In this document: piece by piece, positions 1-7,967 of the stretch | Layout: each line of letters opens with the position of its first letter | Numbering within the stretch: position 1 is the first letter of the stretch | Source: Gemmatimonadales bacterium | Lineage (GTDB): Bacteria; Gemmatimonadota; Gemmatimonadetes; Gemmatimonadales; GWC2-71-9 | DNA length: 64,000 bases | Direction of reading: 5' to 3' | Assembly (NCBI GenBank): GCA_035574255.1 | Contig: DATLYZ010000002.1 | Location: 1,440-65,439, forward strand | Position numbers and translations under genes: made by a program | Notes under the pieces: generated by a model | Database searches by the model: none | What the model was told of the DNA's origin: nothing | The model's input: only the letters and a program-made list of their open reading frames with translations

Positions 1-448
1 CGGCCTGGAGCTGACGGAGGAGGAAAACCCAGAGCCCGATGATGACCAGCCAGGGCAACCCCTGGATCAGAAAGACCGCGAGCCCGATTTTGGGCTCCTT
101 GGCCGCGATCGGGACCCCGGCCCGCTCCAGCTCGTCAATCAGCTCCTGGCTGTCGCGAATGGGGAGCAGGACCGTGAAAGTCCTGGCCCGCCGCCCGTCC
201 TGCACCACCGGATTGACAAACTCGCCCTCCAGTTGCTTGCCGTCGTAAACCGTGACGGACTTGATGTTCCCGGCCTGGAGCTGCTGCTTGAAGCTCGTGT
301 AAGTGAACTCCTGCATGCTCCCGCGCTGGCTGTTCATGAGCTGGAACAGCGCCATCGCCACCAGCGCCACCAGCAACCAGAGCGCGAGGCTCTTGGTCAG
401 GTTGCGCCAGTCGGGCCGATTACTCTGGGGCGGTAGTCGTTCTGCCAT
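1..448 (-). CDS. ftsH: ATP-dependent zinc metalloprotease FtsH, N-terminal fragment (gene continues past the window start)
   Basis: Hand translation of the reverse complement from ATG at 446..448 gives MAERLPPQSNRPDWRNLTKSLALWLLVALVAMALFQLMNSQ...FTYTSFKQQLQAGNIKSVTVYDGKQLEGEF...KEPKIGLAVFLIQGLPWLVIIGLWVFLLRQLQA. This reads as TM1, a periplasmic FtsH_ext-like domain, then TM2. It lies 5 nt downstream of hpt in the conserved tilS-hpt-ftsH order. It is absent from the ORF track because no stop falls inside the window. Confidence 0.8.
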   Translation of the reverse strand, partial: MAERLPPQSNRPDWRNLTKSLALWLLVALVAMALFQLMNSQRGSMQEFTYTSFKQQLQAGNIKSVTVYDGKQLEGEFVNPVVQDGRRARTFTVLLPIRDSQELIDELERAGVPIAAKEPKIGLAVFLIQGLPWLVIIGLWVFLLRQLQA

Positions 449-453
449 TCAAG

Positions 454-1005
454 TCAACCCACTTCCGCAATGTACGGGAGGTGACGGAAATCCTCCGCAT
501 AGTCCAGGCCGTAGCCCACCAGGAACGCCTCCGGGGCTCGGAACCCGATGAACCGGGCCTCGGCCGGGAGCACCGGGGCGAGACCCTTGTCCAGGAGCGC
601 GCAGATGGCCAGGCTCCGCGGCCGTTCCTCCCGCAGGACCGCTGCCAGCGCGGCCAGGGTCCGTCCGCTATCAATAATATCCTCCACGAGCACGATATGC
701 TTGCCCGCGACCGGTAACCGCGGCCGGTAGTGGACCGTGAGGTTCCCGCTCGAGACCTTGGCGCTCCCATAAGAGCTGGCCACCAGAAAGTCGAGCTGGA
801 GCGGGCGCTCGATGGCGCGGATCAGGTCGGCGAGAAAGACGACGCCTCCCTTGAGGAGGCCGATGAGGAGCAGGTCGCCGTCGGGGTACGCCCCGGTGAT
901 TTCTCGGCCTAGCTCGTTCACCCGGCGGGCGAGCGTCGCCGCGTCGTAGATCACCCGCTTGAGGGGGCGCCCGCCGGTCCGGGCGTCCTCAGCACCGGGC
1001 GACAT
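454..1005 (-). CDS. hpt: hypoxanthine-guanine phosphoribosyltransferase
   Basis: C-terminal 183 codons of ORF 454..1314. Contains LLIGLLKGGVVFLADLIRAI and the PRPP-binding loop HIVLVEDIIDSGRTL. The start is trimmed to the in-frame ATG at 1003..1005, because the upstream part of the ORF overlaps tilS and is Arg/Gly-rich junk. Confidence 0.9.
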   Translation of the reverse strand: MSPGAEDARTGGRPLKRVIYDAATLARRVNELGREITGAYPDGDLLLIGLLKGGVVFLADLIRAIERPLQLDFLVASSYGSAKVSSGNLTVHYRPRLPVAGKHIVLVEDIIDSGRTLAALAAVLREERPRSLAICALLDKGLAPVLPAEARFIGFRAPEAFLVGYGLDYAEDFRHLPYIAEVG

Positions 1006-2383
1006 CCACCCGCACCGCCGGTTCGCCGGCACCCGGCACCCGCCCGTCCGAGCGGCAGACCCCGGGAATCCAGAGCAGCTCTCCCTCCCCCTCGACGAGC
1101 GGCCAGCGGCGCCGCTCGCTCCGGGGGACACGTTTGTCCTGGAAGCAGCGCACCGCGAGCCGCCTCCCCCGCCCCCGCAAGGGGCGAAGTCGGTCACCGG
1201 CCCGCCAGGACCGAACCCGGAGCCGGGCCGGGGCGAACCAGGCGGTGAGCCCGTCGCGCCCCTGGTCGGCCGGAGGCGGCGCCGGCTCGACCTGCCACGC
1301 CAGGCGCCAGCCACCCCATTCGGCTTCGCCCCGGGGGCCTTCGAGCAGGATCGGTTCCGGCTCGGGCCCGCTCGGGGGCGGCACCACGCGGAACCGGACC
1401 GCGGTGCACTCGAGCCGCCAGCCGCCGCCCAGGTCAGCGGAGGCCCCCGAGCCGGCGCGGTGGAGCGCTCGCAGCGCCCTCCCCGCCCGCGCAGGCCCGA
1501 TCAGCCAGCCGGCCCGGCGGGCCAGTGCCGTGAGGACCGTCACCTGGAGCGCTCGAGGAAACGCCAGCAGCGCCGTCCGGTCAACCGAGACCGCCTCCCG
1601 TTCCTGCTCCAGCCGGAGCCCCGGAAGCAGGTCGAGCGCCTGGTCCCAGGCCGTGCGGGCCAGCAGCGCCTGGCGAGCCAGCCGGCTGAGCCGCCGATCC
1701 ACGTCCGGAATCCGCGCCCGGATGACCGGCAGCAGTTCGGTGCGCACCCAGGATCGCACATGAGCCGGATCGGCATTGGCCGGGTCCTGCCAGGCGGAGA
1801 GGCCGTGCTCGGCGAGGTAGCGGCGGATCGTGGCCGCCCGGAAGGGAAGGAGCGGCCGCACGAGGGCGCGACCGGGGGACCCCGGCGTTCCCCGGCGCAG
1901 CGGAACCGCGGATGGCGAGTGCCCCGGCGGCATCGGGCTCACAGCACCCATGCCGGCCAGCCCCGCCGGGCCGCTCCCGCCGAGTACCCTGAGCAGCACG
2001 GTTTCGACCTGGTCGTCGGCGTGATGGGCGGTGAAGAGGTACCGCGCGCCGGTCTCCCGAGCCAGGGTGCGGAGCCATTCGTAGCGCGCCTCGCGAGCCC
2101 GGGTTTCGCTGGCCCCGGCGCCGAGCCCCAGCCGTTCCACCACGACGGGAAGCTCGTAGGCTCGGGCCAGCGCCGCGACCCGGCGCGCGACCATGGCACT
2201 CTCCGGATGGATCCCGTGATCCGCGTGCGCGACCAGGAGATCGAGGCCGTGCTCCTCCCGGCTCCGCCAGAGCAGGTCCAGCAGGGCCACCGAATCCGGC
2301 CCTCCGGACACCGCCACAATCGCCCGGCCCGGAGGCAGGCCGAGCGATCGGAGGTGCCGTGCGAAACGGTCGCGGAGCGACAT
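989..2383 (-). CDS. tilS: tRNA(Ile)-lysidine synthase
   Basis: ORF 989..2383. Has the PP-loop motif VAVSGGPDSVALL and FTAHHADDQVETVLLRVLGGSG. It sits in the conserved position upstream of hpt-ftsH. Confidence 0.9.
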   Translation of the reverse strand: MSLRDRFARHLRSLGLPPGRAIVAVSGGPDSVALLDLLWRSREEHGLDLLVAHADHGIHPESAMVARRVAALARAYELPVVVERLGLGAGASETRAREARYEWLRTLARETGARYLFTAHHADDQVETVLLRVLGGSGPAGLAGMGAVSPMPPGHSPSAVPLRRGTPGSPGRALVRPLLPFRAATIRRYLAEHGLSAWQDPANADPAHVRSWVRTELLPVIRARIPDVDRRLSRLARQALLARTAWDQALDLLPGLRLEQEREAVSVDRTALLAFPRALQVTVLTALARRAGWLIGPARAGRALRALHRAGSGASADLGGGWRLECTAVRFRVVPPPSGPEPEPILLEGPRGEAEWGGWRLAWQVEPAPPPADQGRDGLTAWFAPARLRVRSWRAGDRLRPLRGRGRRLAVRCFQDKRVPRSERRRWPLVEGEGELLWIPGVCRSDGRVPGAGEPAVRVDVARC

Positions 2384-2444
2384 GCTTTCAAGATAGAGGG
2401 GCGAGACCGGTCCGCGGGACGAGGTCAGGACGGCGAGGGCCGGC

Positions 2445-5255
2445 TCATGGCCTGGCGGGCTCCTGCCGGCCCTTGGCGAAGTCGCCCGCCTTCACCACGA
2501 CCAGCCGGGCCGGGTCAATGTGGCGGGCCATCGCGTCCCGGATCTGGTCCGGGGTCAGGGCCGCGACCTTCCGCTCCAGTTCCGCGTCCCAGGCGAGGGT
2601 CCGGCCCAGGAAGAGATAGCTTCCGAGCTGGCCCGCCAGGGCGTTGTCCTGCGCGCGGGTGACGTTGCGCGACTGGAGCCAGCCTTCTTTCGCCTTCCGG
2701 GTCTCCTCCTCAGTGAAGCCGTCCCGCAGGACCTTGTCGAGCTCCTCGCGAACGGCCGCTTCGAGCCGCGCGGCGTTCTCCGGGGCGTAGATGGCGTAGG
2801 CGAGGAAGTTGCCGCTCCGGTCCAGAGAGCCCGCCGAGAGCCCGGAGCCCACGCCGTAGCTGATCCCCTCCTTCTGCCGGATCCGCACCGCCAGCCGGGA
2901 ATTGAGGAACCCGCCGCCCAGCATGTAATTGCCGAGCACCAGGGCCGGGTAGTCGGGGTCGTCGTCCCGGAGATTCAGATTGTGCCCGGCCAGGAAGAAG
3001 GCGTTCGCCTTGTCCGGGGTCTCGAGGGTGATCGCGGTCGGCGCCACCTCGTGATATTCCTGGGGCACCCGCGCGAACGGCCTGGGGCTCTTCCACTCCC
3101 CGAAGATCTCCGCCGCCGCCTGCTGGACTGCGGCCGGATCGAAGTCGCCCACCACGGCCAGCTCGCCTCGGCTCGCCCCGTAGAACTCGGCATAGAATCG
3201 GCGCGCCTCCTCCACCGTGGCCGCCTGGTACTCCGCGATCTGCTCGTCCAGGCTGGGCACGTAGCGCGGGTCGCCCTTGGGATACGGGTTGAGCTGGCGG
3301 TTGAACGCGTTGGAACCCAGGGCGATCGGGTCCGATCGCTGTTCCTCGAGCTGCGCCAGGTCCTGGCGCCTGAGCTCCTCGAACTCCTTGGGATCGAAGG
3401 CTGGCTGGCGAAGCACCTCGCCCAGGAGCCGGAGGGCCGGCAGCAGGTTGGGCCGCGTGGTTTCGAGCGAAACCCGGAGCGCGGTCGCGCTGCCGGAGAT
3501 CGAGACCCGGGCCTTGAGCCGGTCGAATTCGTCCTGGATCTGCTGGCGCGTCTTGCTCGCGCTGCCGCGGAGCAGCATGTCGGCGGCGAGATCGGCGGCG
3601 GTACTCCGACCCCGCACCTCCTCCTGCGACCCGAACCGGAGCGTGAGGCTCAGGTTGACCGCCTCGCCGCGGTTCTTCTTGGCAAGGAGCGCCAGCTGGA
3701 GGCCGCCGGGAAGGGTGGACCGCACCGTCCGCGCCTCGACGTTGCCGGGCGAGGGGTCGAACACCTCCCCCGCGGCGAGCGCCGTGTCGCCCCGATAGCC
3801 CTCGACCAGGGACGCGAGATCGGGCGACGGCGGGATCTCCGCGCGGTCCGGCTCGGGCGTCGGGATGAACGTGCCCGTGGTCAGGTTGGCGGGCTTGAGA
3901 TAGGCGGCCGCGACCCGGCCCACGTCGTCCGGCGTCACCCGGCGCAGCCGGTCGCGGTGAATGAAGAGCATGCGCCAGTCGCCCATCGCGGCCCACTCGG
4001 AGAGCTCGAGCCCCACCCGGTCGGAGCGGTTGAGGTTGAGCTCGATGTTCTTGAGGAGCTGGGTCCGCGCCCGCTCCACTTCCTCGACGCTGGGCGGGCG
4101 GCTCACCACCTCGGCGAGCGCGGCCCGCATCGCCACCCAGGCGCTGTCGAGGTCGTCCTCCTTGCGGAGCTGCGCGTACGCCAGCAGCAGGCCAGGCTCC
4201 CTGAGCTGGAACCCGAACGCCCCGACGCTGGCCGCCCGCCGGGGCTCCACCAGCGCCTTGTAGAGCCGGCCCGAGGGCTCGTCGCCCAGCACCTCCGCCA
4301 GGATGTCCAGCGCGGCGAAATCCGGGTGGGTGCCCGCCGGCACGTGGTAGGCGGCCATGATCACCTGCACGTCGCCCACCCGGCGGAGTGTCACGTTCCG
4401 CTCCCCGTCCTGCACCGGGTCGAGCGTGTAGGTGGGCCAGATGCGCATCTCGCCCTCGCGCCGGGGGCGCGGGATCCGGCCGAACTTCCGCTCGATGAGC
4501 CGGAGCGTGCGCGCCGGATCGAACTGGCCGGCCACCACGAGCAGCGCGTTGTCCGGCTGGTAGTACTTCCGGTAGAACGCCCGGAGCCGCTCGATGGGCA
4601 CGTGCTCGATGTCGGACCGGGCGCCGATGGTGGACTTGCCGTAGTTGTGCCAGAGGTACGCGGCCGAGAAGACCCGTTCCATCAGCACGTTGAAGGGATC
4701 GTTCTCGCCCGCCTCGAACTCGTTGCGGACCACGGTGAATTCGGACTCCAGGTCCTTCTGCGCCACGAAACTGTTCACCATCCGGTCGGCTTCGAGGTCC
4801 AGGGCCCAGATCAGATTGGTATCGCTCGCGGTGAAGGTCTCGAAGTAGTTGGTGCGGTCGAACCAGGTGCTTCCGTTGGGACGAGCACCGTGTTCGGTGA
4901 GTTCCTGGGGGATGTTCGGGTGCCGCGGAGTTCCCTTGAAGAGCAGGTGCTCGAGCAGATGGGCCATGCCGGTCTCGCCGTACCCCTCGTGGCGCGAGCC
5001 CACCAGGTAGGTGACATTCACCGTGATCGTCGGCTTCGAGGGATCCGGAAAGAGCAGCACCTTGAGCCCGTTGGGGAGCGTGTACTCGGCGATGCCCTCG
5101 ACCGTCGGTCCTTTCACCGCCCGGATCGGCCGCGCGGCCGGCGCGGGCCTCGCGGTGGGGGCCGGGGCCTGCTGGGCCGGCAGGACGGGCGGGAAGCCGA
5201 TCGCGAACACGAACGCCGCGGCCAGGAGCCGCAGGACACGGGGACGGGAACGCAT
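2445..5255 (-). CDS. secreted M16-family (pitrilysin/insulinase-like) zinc peptidase, double-unit 936 aa
   Basis: ORF 2445..5255. N-terminal signal peptide MRSRPRVLRLLAAAFVFAIGFPPVLPAQ. Inverted zinc motif HLLEHLLFKG (HxxEH). The length fits two fused M16 active/inactive halves. Confidence 0.85.
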   Translation of the reverse strand: MRSRPRVLRLLAAAFVFAIGFPPVLPAQQAPAPTARPAPAARPIRAVKGPTVEGIAEYTLPNGLKVLLFPDPSKPTITVNVTYLVGSRHEGYGETGMAHLLEHLLFKGTPRHPNIPQELTEHGARPNGSTWFDRTNYFETFTASDTNLIWALDLEADRMVNSFVAQKDLESEFTVVRNEFEAGENDPFNVLMERVFSAAYLWHNYGKSTIGARSDIEHVPIERLRAFYRKYYQPDNALLVVAGQFDPARTLRLIERKFGRIPRPRREGEMRIWPTYTLDPVQDGERNVTLRRVGDVQVIMAAYHVPAGTHPDFAALDILAEVLGDEPSGRLYKALVEPRRAASVGAFGFQLREPGLLLAYAQLRKEDDLDSAWVAMRAALAEVVSRPPSVEEVERARTQLLKNIELNLNRSDRVGLELSEWAAMGDWRMLFIHRDRLRRVTPDDVGRVAAAYLKPANLTTGTFIPTPEPDRAEIPPSPDLASLVEGYRGDTALAAGEVFDPSPGNVEARTVRSTLPGGLQLALLAKKNRGEAVNLSLTLRFGSQEEVRGRSTAADLAADMLLRGSASKTRQQIQDEFDRLKARVSISGSATALRVSLETTRPNLLPALRLLGEVLRQPAFDPKEFEELRRQDLAQLEEQRSDPIALGSNAFNRQLNPYPKGDPRYVPSLDEQIAEYQAATVEEARRFYAEFYGASRGELAVVGDFDPAAVQQAAAEIFGEWKSPRPFARVPQEYHEVAPTAITLETPDKANAFFLAGHNLNLRDDDPDYPALVLGNYMLGGGFLNSRLAVRIRQKEGISYGVGSGLSAGSLDRSGNFLAYAIYAPENAARLEAAVREELDKVLRDGFTEEETRKAKEGWLQSRNVTRAQDNALAGQLGSYLFLGRTLAWDAELERKVAALTPDQIRDAMARHIDPARLVVVKAGDFAKGRQEPARP

Positions 5256-5426
5256 GGAGCCTCGGCGGTGAGAGGGTCTCGACGCAGCGCCGGCCCGGAT
5301 GCCTGGCGCCGTGGATCGGTTCGAAGATAGAGGCGAACCACGCCGCGCACGAGACCGCGGGCCTCACCTGGCCTAAGGACGCGACAGGCGCCCACGCCGG
5401 GCGAGGCCGGGGGGGGGTGGGGGGGG

Positions 5427-6312
5427 ATGACGCGGATCGTTGTCGGTACCAGCGGCTGGGACTATCCCGGATGGCGGGGGCTCTTCTACCCGGCTCGACT
5501 CCCGCGACGCGCGTGGCTTGCCTACGCAAGCCGGCATTTCAATTCGATCGAACTCAACGGCACCTTCTACAGCCTGAAATCGCCCGGGGTCTTCGCGAGC
5601 TGGGCCCGGGCCGTGCCAGGCCGTGGGTTCGTCTTCGCCGTCAAGGGAAGCCGCTACCTCACGCACCAGCTCGAGCTGGCGAACCCGGCCGGGGCGCTGG
5701 CCAACTTCTTTGCCAGTGGGGTCCTGGCTCTCGGACGCAAGTGCGGCCCCTTCCTCTGGCAGTTGCCGCCGGGGCTCGCGTTCGACCTGGCTCGACTGGA
5801 GGCGTTCCTCGCCTCGTTGCCGCGGGACTCGCAATCGGCGGCGCGCCTCGCCCGCCGCCACCACCGGCGGCTCCGCTATGGGGCCCTGGCCAAGACCACG
5901 GTCCGGGTGCGGTACCGGCACGCGCTCGAGGTGCGGCACGCCTCGTTCGCGTGCGAAGAGTGTTACGACCTCCTCCGTGCATACCGCACGGCGCTCGTCA
6001 CCGCCGACACGGCCGGCCGATACCCCTGCCTCGATCAGCCGACGGCGGATTTCGCCTACCTCCGCCTCCACGGTTCCCGGGTGCTCTACGCGAGCGGCTA
6101 CAGCGACCGGGAACTCGCGGCCTGGGCGGACCGCATCGCCGGCCGGGCGGCCCCGGCGGCGCCTGGTCTATGTGTATTTCGACAATGACTGGCAGGCGCA
6201 CGCCGCGCGGGATGCCCAGAGACTCGCGGCCCTCCTCCGGGAGCGAGGGCTGGAGCTTCCCCTGCCGGCGGCCTGGGACGAGAGCGGTCCGCCGGCACCC
6301 TGGTCTCGCTAG
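5427..6312 (+). pseudogene. DUF72 (YecE-like) family gene interrupted by a 1-nt frameshift near 6141..6165
   Basis: Frame A (5427..6188) encodes MTRIVVGTSGWDYPGWRGLFYP...NSIELNGTFYSLK...ELAAWADRIAG and then terminates. The family-typical C-terminus LVYVYFDNDWQAHAARDAQRLAALL continues in frame B, ending at 6312. Skipping one base in gcggccccggcggcgcctg restores a single ORF. Confidence 0.6.
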
Positions 6313-7088
6313 CCCGCGCGCTTTCGCCCGCGCCAGGCGAGCCCCACCGATCCGAGCCCGGTCGCGAGCAAGGCGAGCGTGGTGGGCTCGGGCGTGACGA
6401 CGCAGGTCGAGCCGCCGACGCCGGGCGCGTTGTACTGGCACCCGGTCACGGTCCCGCTCACATCCCAGAATGTCATGCTATAGCCGAGCTCGTGAGGCTG
6501 GATCCGCTGGTTGGTCTGGAAGGCCCAGGTGAACCAGCCGGTGTACCCCTGAGCCGGGCAGGTGGCGATGGCCCGCTCGGTGCGGCCTCCCTCGTTATCC
6601 GAGCGGACCAGCGGCCCCCGGTCGCAGCCATAGAAGCCCAGGGCGAGGAAGTTCTGGCTGTCGAACAGGAGCCAGGCGACTCCGCCGCCCCACAGCATGT
6701 CATAGTACGTGATATCCATGTTGCCCAGGTTGCCCGGCTCCACTCCGCCGAAGGTCCGGACGGGGCCCTCGGTGGCGAATCGGGTCCCGCAGCCGGGACA
6801 CGGCCGGTCCACGTCGAACCAGAAGAAGTTGGGCCGGTTCGCCAGGAGCAGGAACTGCGCGAACGTGGAGCCCCGCGAGGTGCCGTAGGGGTTGGATCCC
6901 TGCATGTTGCGGATCCGGAGCACCACCAGGCTCCCGACCGGGTTCTGGATCACGCTGAGCTGCACGCTGGCGCAGGTACTGAACCGGCCCGGAGTGCAGA
7001 GGTCGAGCACTCGGCTCGTGAAGCCGGAGGCCCAGGTTGCTGAGGGGATTGCAGCGAGTAAGAGGAGAGGACCAGCGCGCCCGATCAT
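6309..7088 (-). CDS. PEP-CTERM sorting-domain secreted protein (hypothetical)
   Basis: ORF 6309..7181, trimmed to ATG 7086..7088, which is preceded by GGAGG. Signal peptide MIGRAGPLLLLAAIPSATWA. The C-terminus VVTPEPTTLALLATGLGSVGLAWRGRKRAG has a PEP motif, a TM helix and a basic tail. Confidence 0.7.
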   Translation of the reverse strand: MIGRAGPLLLLAAIPSATWASGFTSRVLDLCTPGRFSTCASVQLSVIQNPVGSLVVLRIRNMQGSNPYGTSRGSTFAQFLLLANRPNFFWFDVDRPCPGCGTRFATEGPVRTFGGVEPGNLGNMDITYYDMLWGGGVAWLLFDSQNFLALGFYGCDRGPLVRSDNEGGRTERAIATCPAQGYTGWFTWAFQTNQRIQPHELGYSMTFWDVSGTVTGCQYNAPGVGGSTCVVTPEPTTLALLATGLGSVGLAWRGRKRAG

Positions 7089-7242
7089 CTCGCCCTCCTG
7101 GCGAATCCGATGCCTCAGAACGTGGAGCCCGGACTCGCCCCGCGCAAGCGGGGCGGCTACCGGGTCGCCGGGGTGTGACACTCCGGCGGCGCCACGTCTA
7201 TGTTATGTCTGTGTTTCGGAGATCCGAGGCGGCACGTTGCGC

Positions 7243-7749
7243 ATGACCAGGAACCCTGAGGTCTGGCTCCGCGGTCCGGTCGAGGGCATCGCACCCGTTC
7301 TCCAGCCGGTGGCGCACGCCCTGCTCCAGGTGGCCGAGGACTTGCCGACGGTGCTCGGCGGCCTCACGCCCGAGGAACTCTGGGCCCGGCCCGGCGGGTC
7401 GGCGCCGATCGGCTTTCACCTGGCCCATCTTACGGGGAGCCTCGATCGCCTGCTCACCTATGCCCGGGGCGAGAGTCTCTCCCCGGAGCAGCAGGCCGCG
7501 CTGGCGGCGGAGCGGGCCGTGGCGGAGGCGCGGCCCGGGCTGGCGCAACTGCTGGCGGCGTTCCAGCGGACCTGCGATGCCGCCCTGGCGCAGCTCCGCG
7601 CCACGGAGGCGGGGGCCGTGCTCGCCGCGCGCGAGGTGGGCCGGGCTCGGCTCCCTTCGACGGTGCTCGGCCTGCTCTTCCACGCCGCCGAGCACACCGC
7701 ACGGCATGCCGGACAGATCGCGACGCTGGTGAAGGTGGTGCGGGGGTAG
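7243..7749 (+). CDS. DinB-family (DinB_2-like) metal-dependent four-helix-bundle protein
   Basis: Last 168 codons of ORF 6892..7749, starting at ATG 7243. His-containing helices FHLAHLTGSLDRLL and LLFHAAEHTARHAGQI are typical of DinB/YfiT-like proteins. Confidence 0.8.
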   Translation: MTRNPEVWLRGPVEGIAPVLQPVAHALLQVAEDLPTVLGGLTPEELWARPGGSAPIGFHLAHLTGSLDRLLTYARGESLSPEQQAALAAERAVAEARPGLAQLLAAFQRTCDAALAQLRATEAGAVLAAREVGRARLPSTVLGLLFHAAEHTARHAGQIATLVKVVRG

Positions 7750-7823
7750 GCTTGCCGTCGCGTTCCGCGCGGCGCCTGACACAGTAAAGCCCCGCGCCGT
7801 TCGGGAAGCGTGGGGCTTGCAAG

Positions 7824-7897
7824 TAGCTGGGGCGGGACTCGAACCCGCGACCCCGGCATTATGAGTGCCGTGCTCTGACCAGCTGAGCTACCCAGCC
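7824..7897 (-). tRNA. tRNA with CAT anticodon (elongator Met type, or Ile2 if lysidinylated)
   Basis: The reverse complement folds as a cloverleaf: GGCTGGG TA GCTC AGCTGGTC AGAGC A CGGCA CTCATAA TGCCG GGGTC GCGGG TTCGAGT CCCGC CCCAGCT A. It lacks the three G-C pairs of initiator tRNA anticodon stems. No CCA is encoded. Confidence 0.85.
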
Positions 7898-7967
7898 AGC
7901 CGCATGCCGGGATGTCCCGGAGGGCCATGGCCGGCCCCTGCCCTCCCCGCATCCCGGGGCGCCAATC

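Noticed and set aside
454-1314. N-terminal extensions of real genes as listed in the ORF track, for example hpt 454..1314, glyA 16476..17978, thrS 24227..26257, nnr 14082..15749, rsmI 56347..57288 and FAH 46042..49077.
   Set aside because: The extensions overlap the upstream gene, are compositionally junk, and precede an in-frame start. That start gives the canonical N-terminus and often a 4-nt stop/start overlap. I trimmed all of them.
2341-2401. An apparent 1-nt register disagreement near the tilS start between my hand indexing of the printed sequence and the ORF-track coordinates. I place the ATG at 2380..2382; the ORF track places it at 2381..2383.
   Set aside because: Every other start I checked agrees in frame with the ORF track. 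I treat this as my own counting or reading error and use the ORF-track coordinates. Hand-indexed features not in the track carry a +/-1 nt caveat.
2520-5529. The ~936-939-aa ORFs 2520..5330 (+) and 2710..5529 (-) overlap the M16 peptidase gene. Similar giant alternative-frame ORFs are 11452..14757, 17771..20392, 22569..24377, 24173..26215, 26776..29445, 35598..37697, 47169..49265, 50587..52869 and 52536..55694.
   Set aside because: Their translations are Arg/Gly/Pro/Ala-rich low-complexity strings with no motifs. Each lies opposite, or out of frame with, an ORF that has unmistakable family signatures. Long spurious ORFs are expected at about 70% GC because stop codons are AT-rich.
7824-7897. 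A functional link between the CAT-anticodon tRNA and tilS (5.4 kb away), that is, tRNA-Ile2 as the TilS substrate.
   Set aside because: From sequence alone I cannot distinguish elongator tRNA-Met from tRNA-Ile2. The genes are separated by five unrelated genes. A covariance-model classifier (tRNAscan-SE isotype models) is needed.
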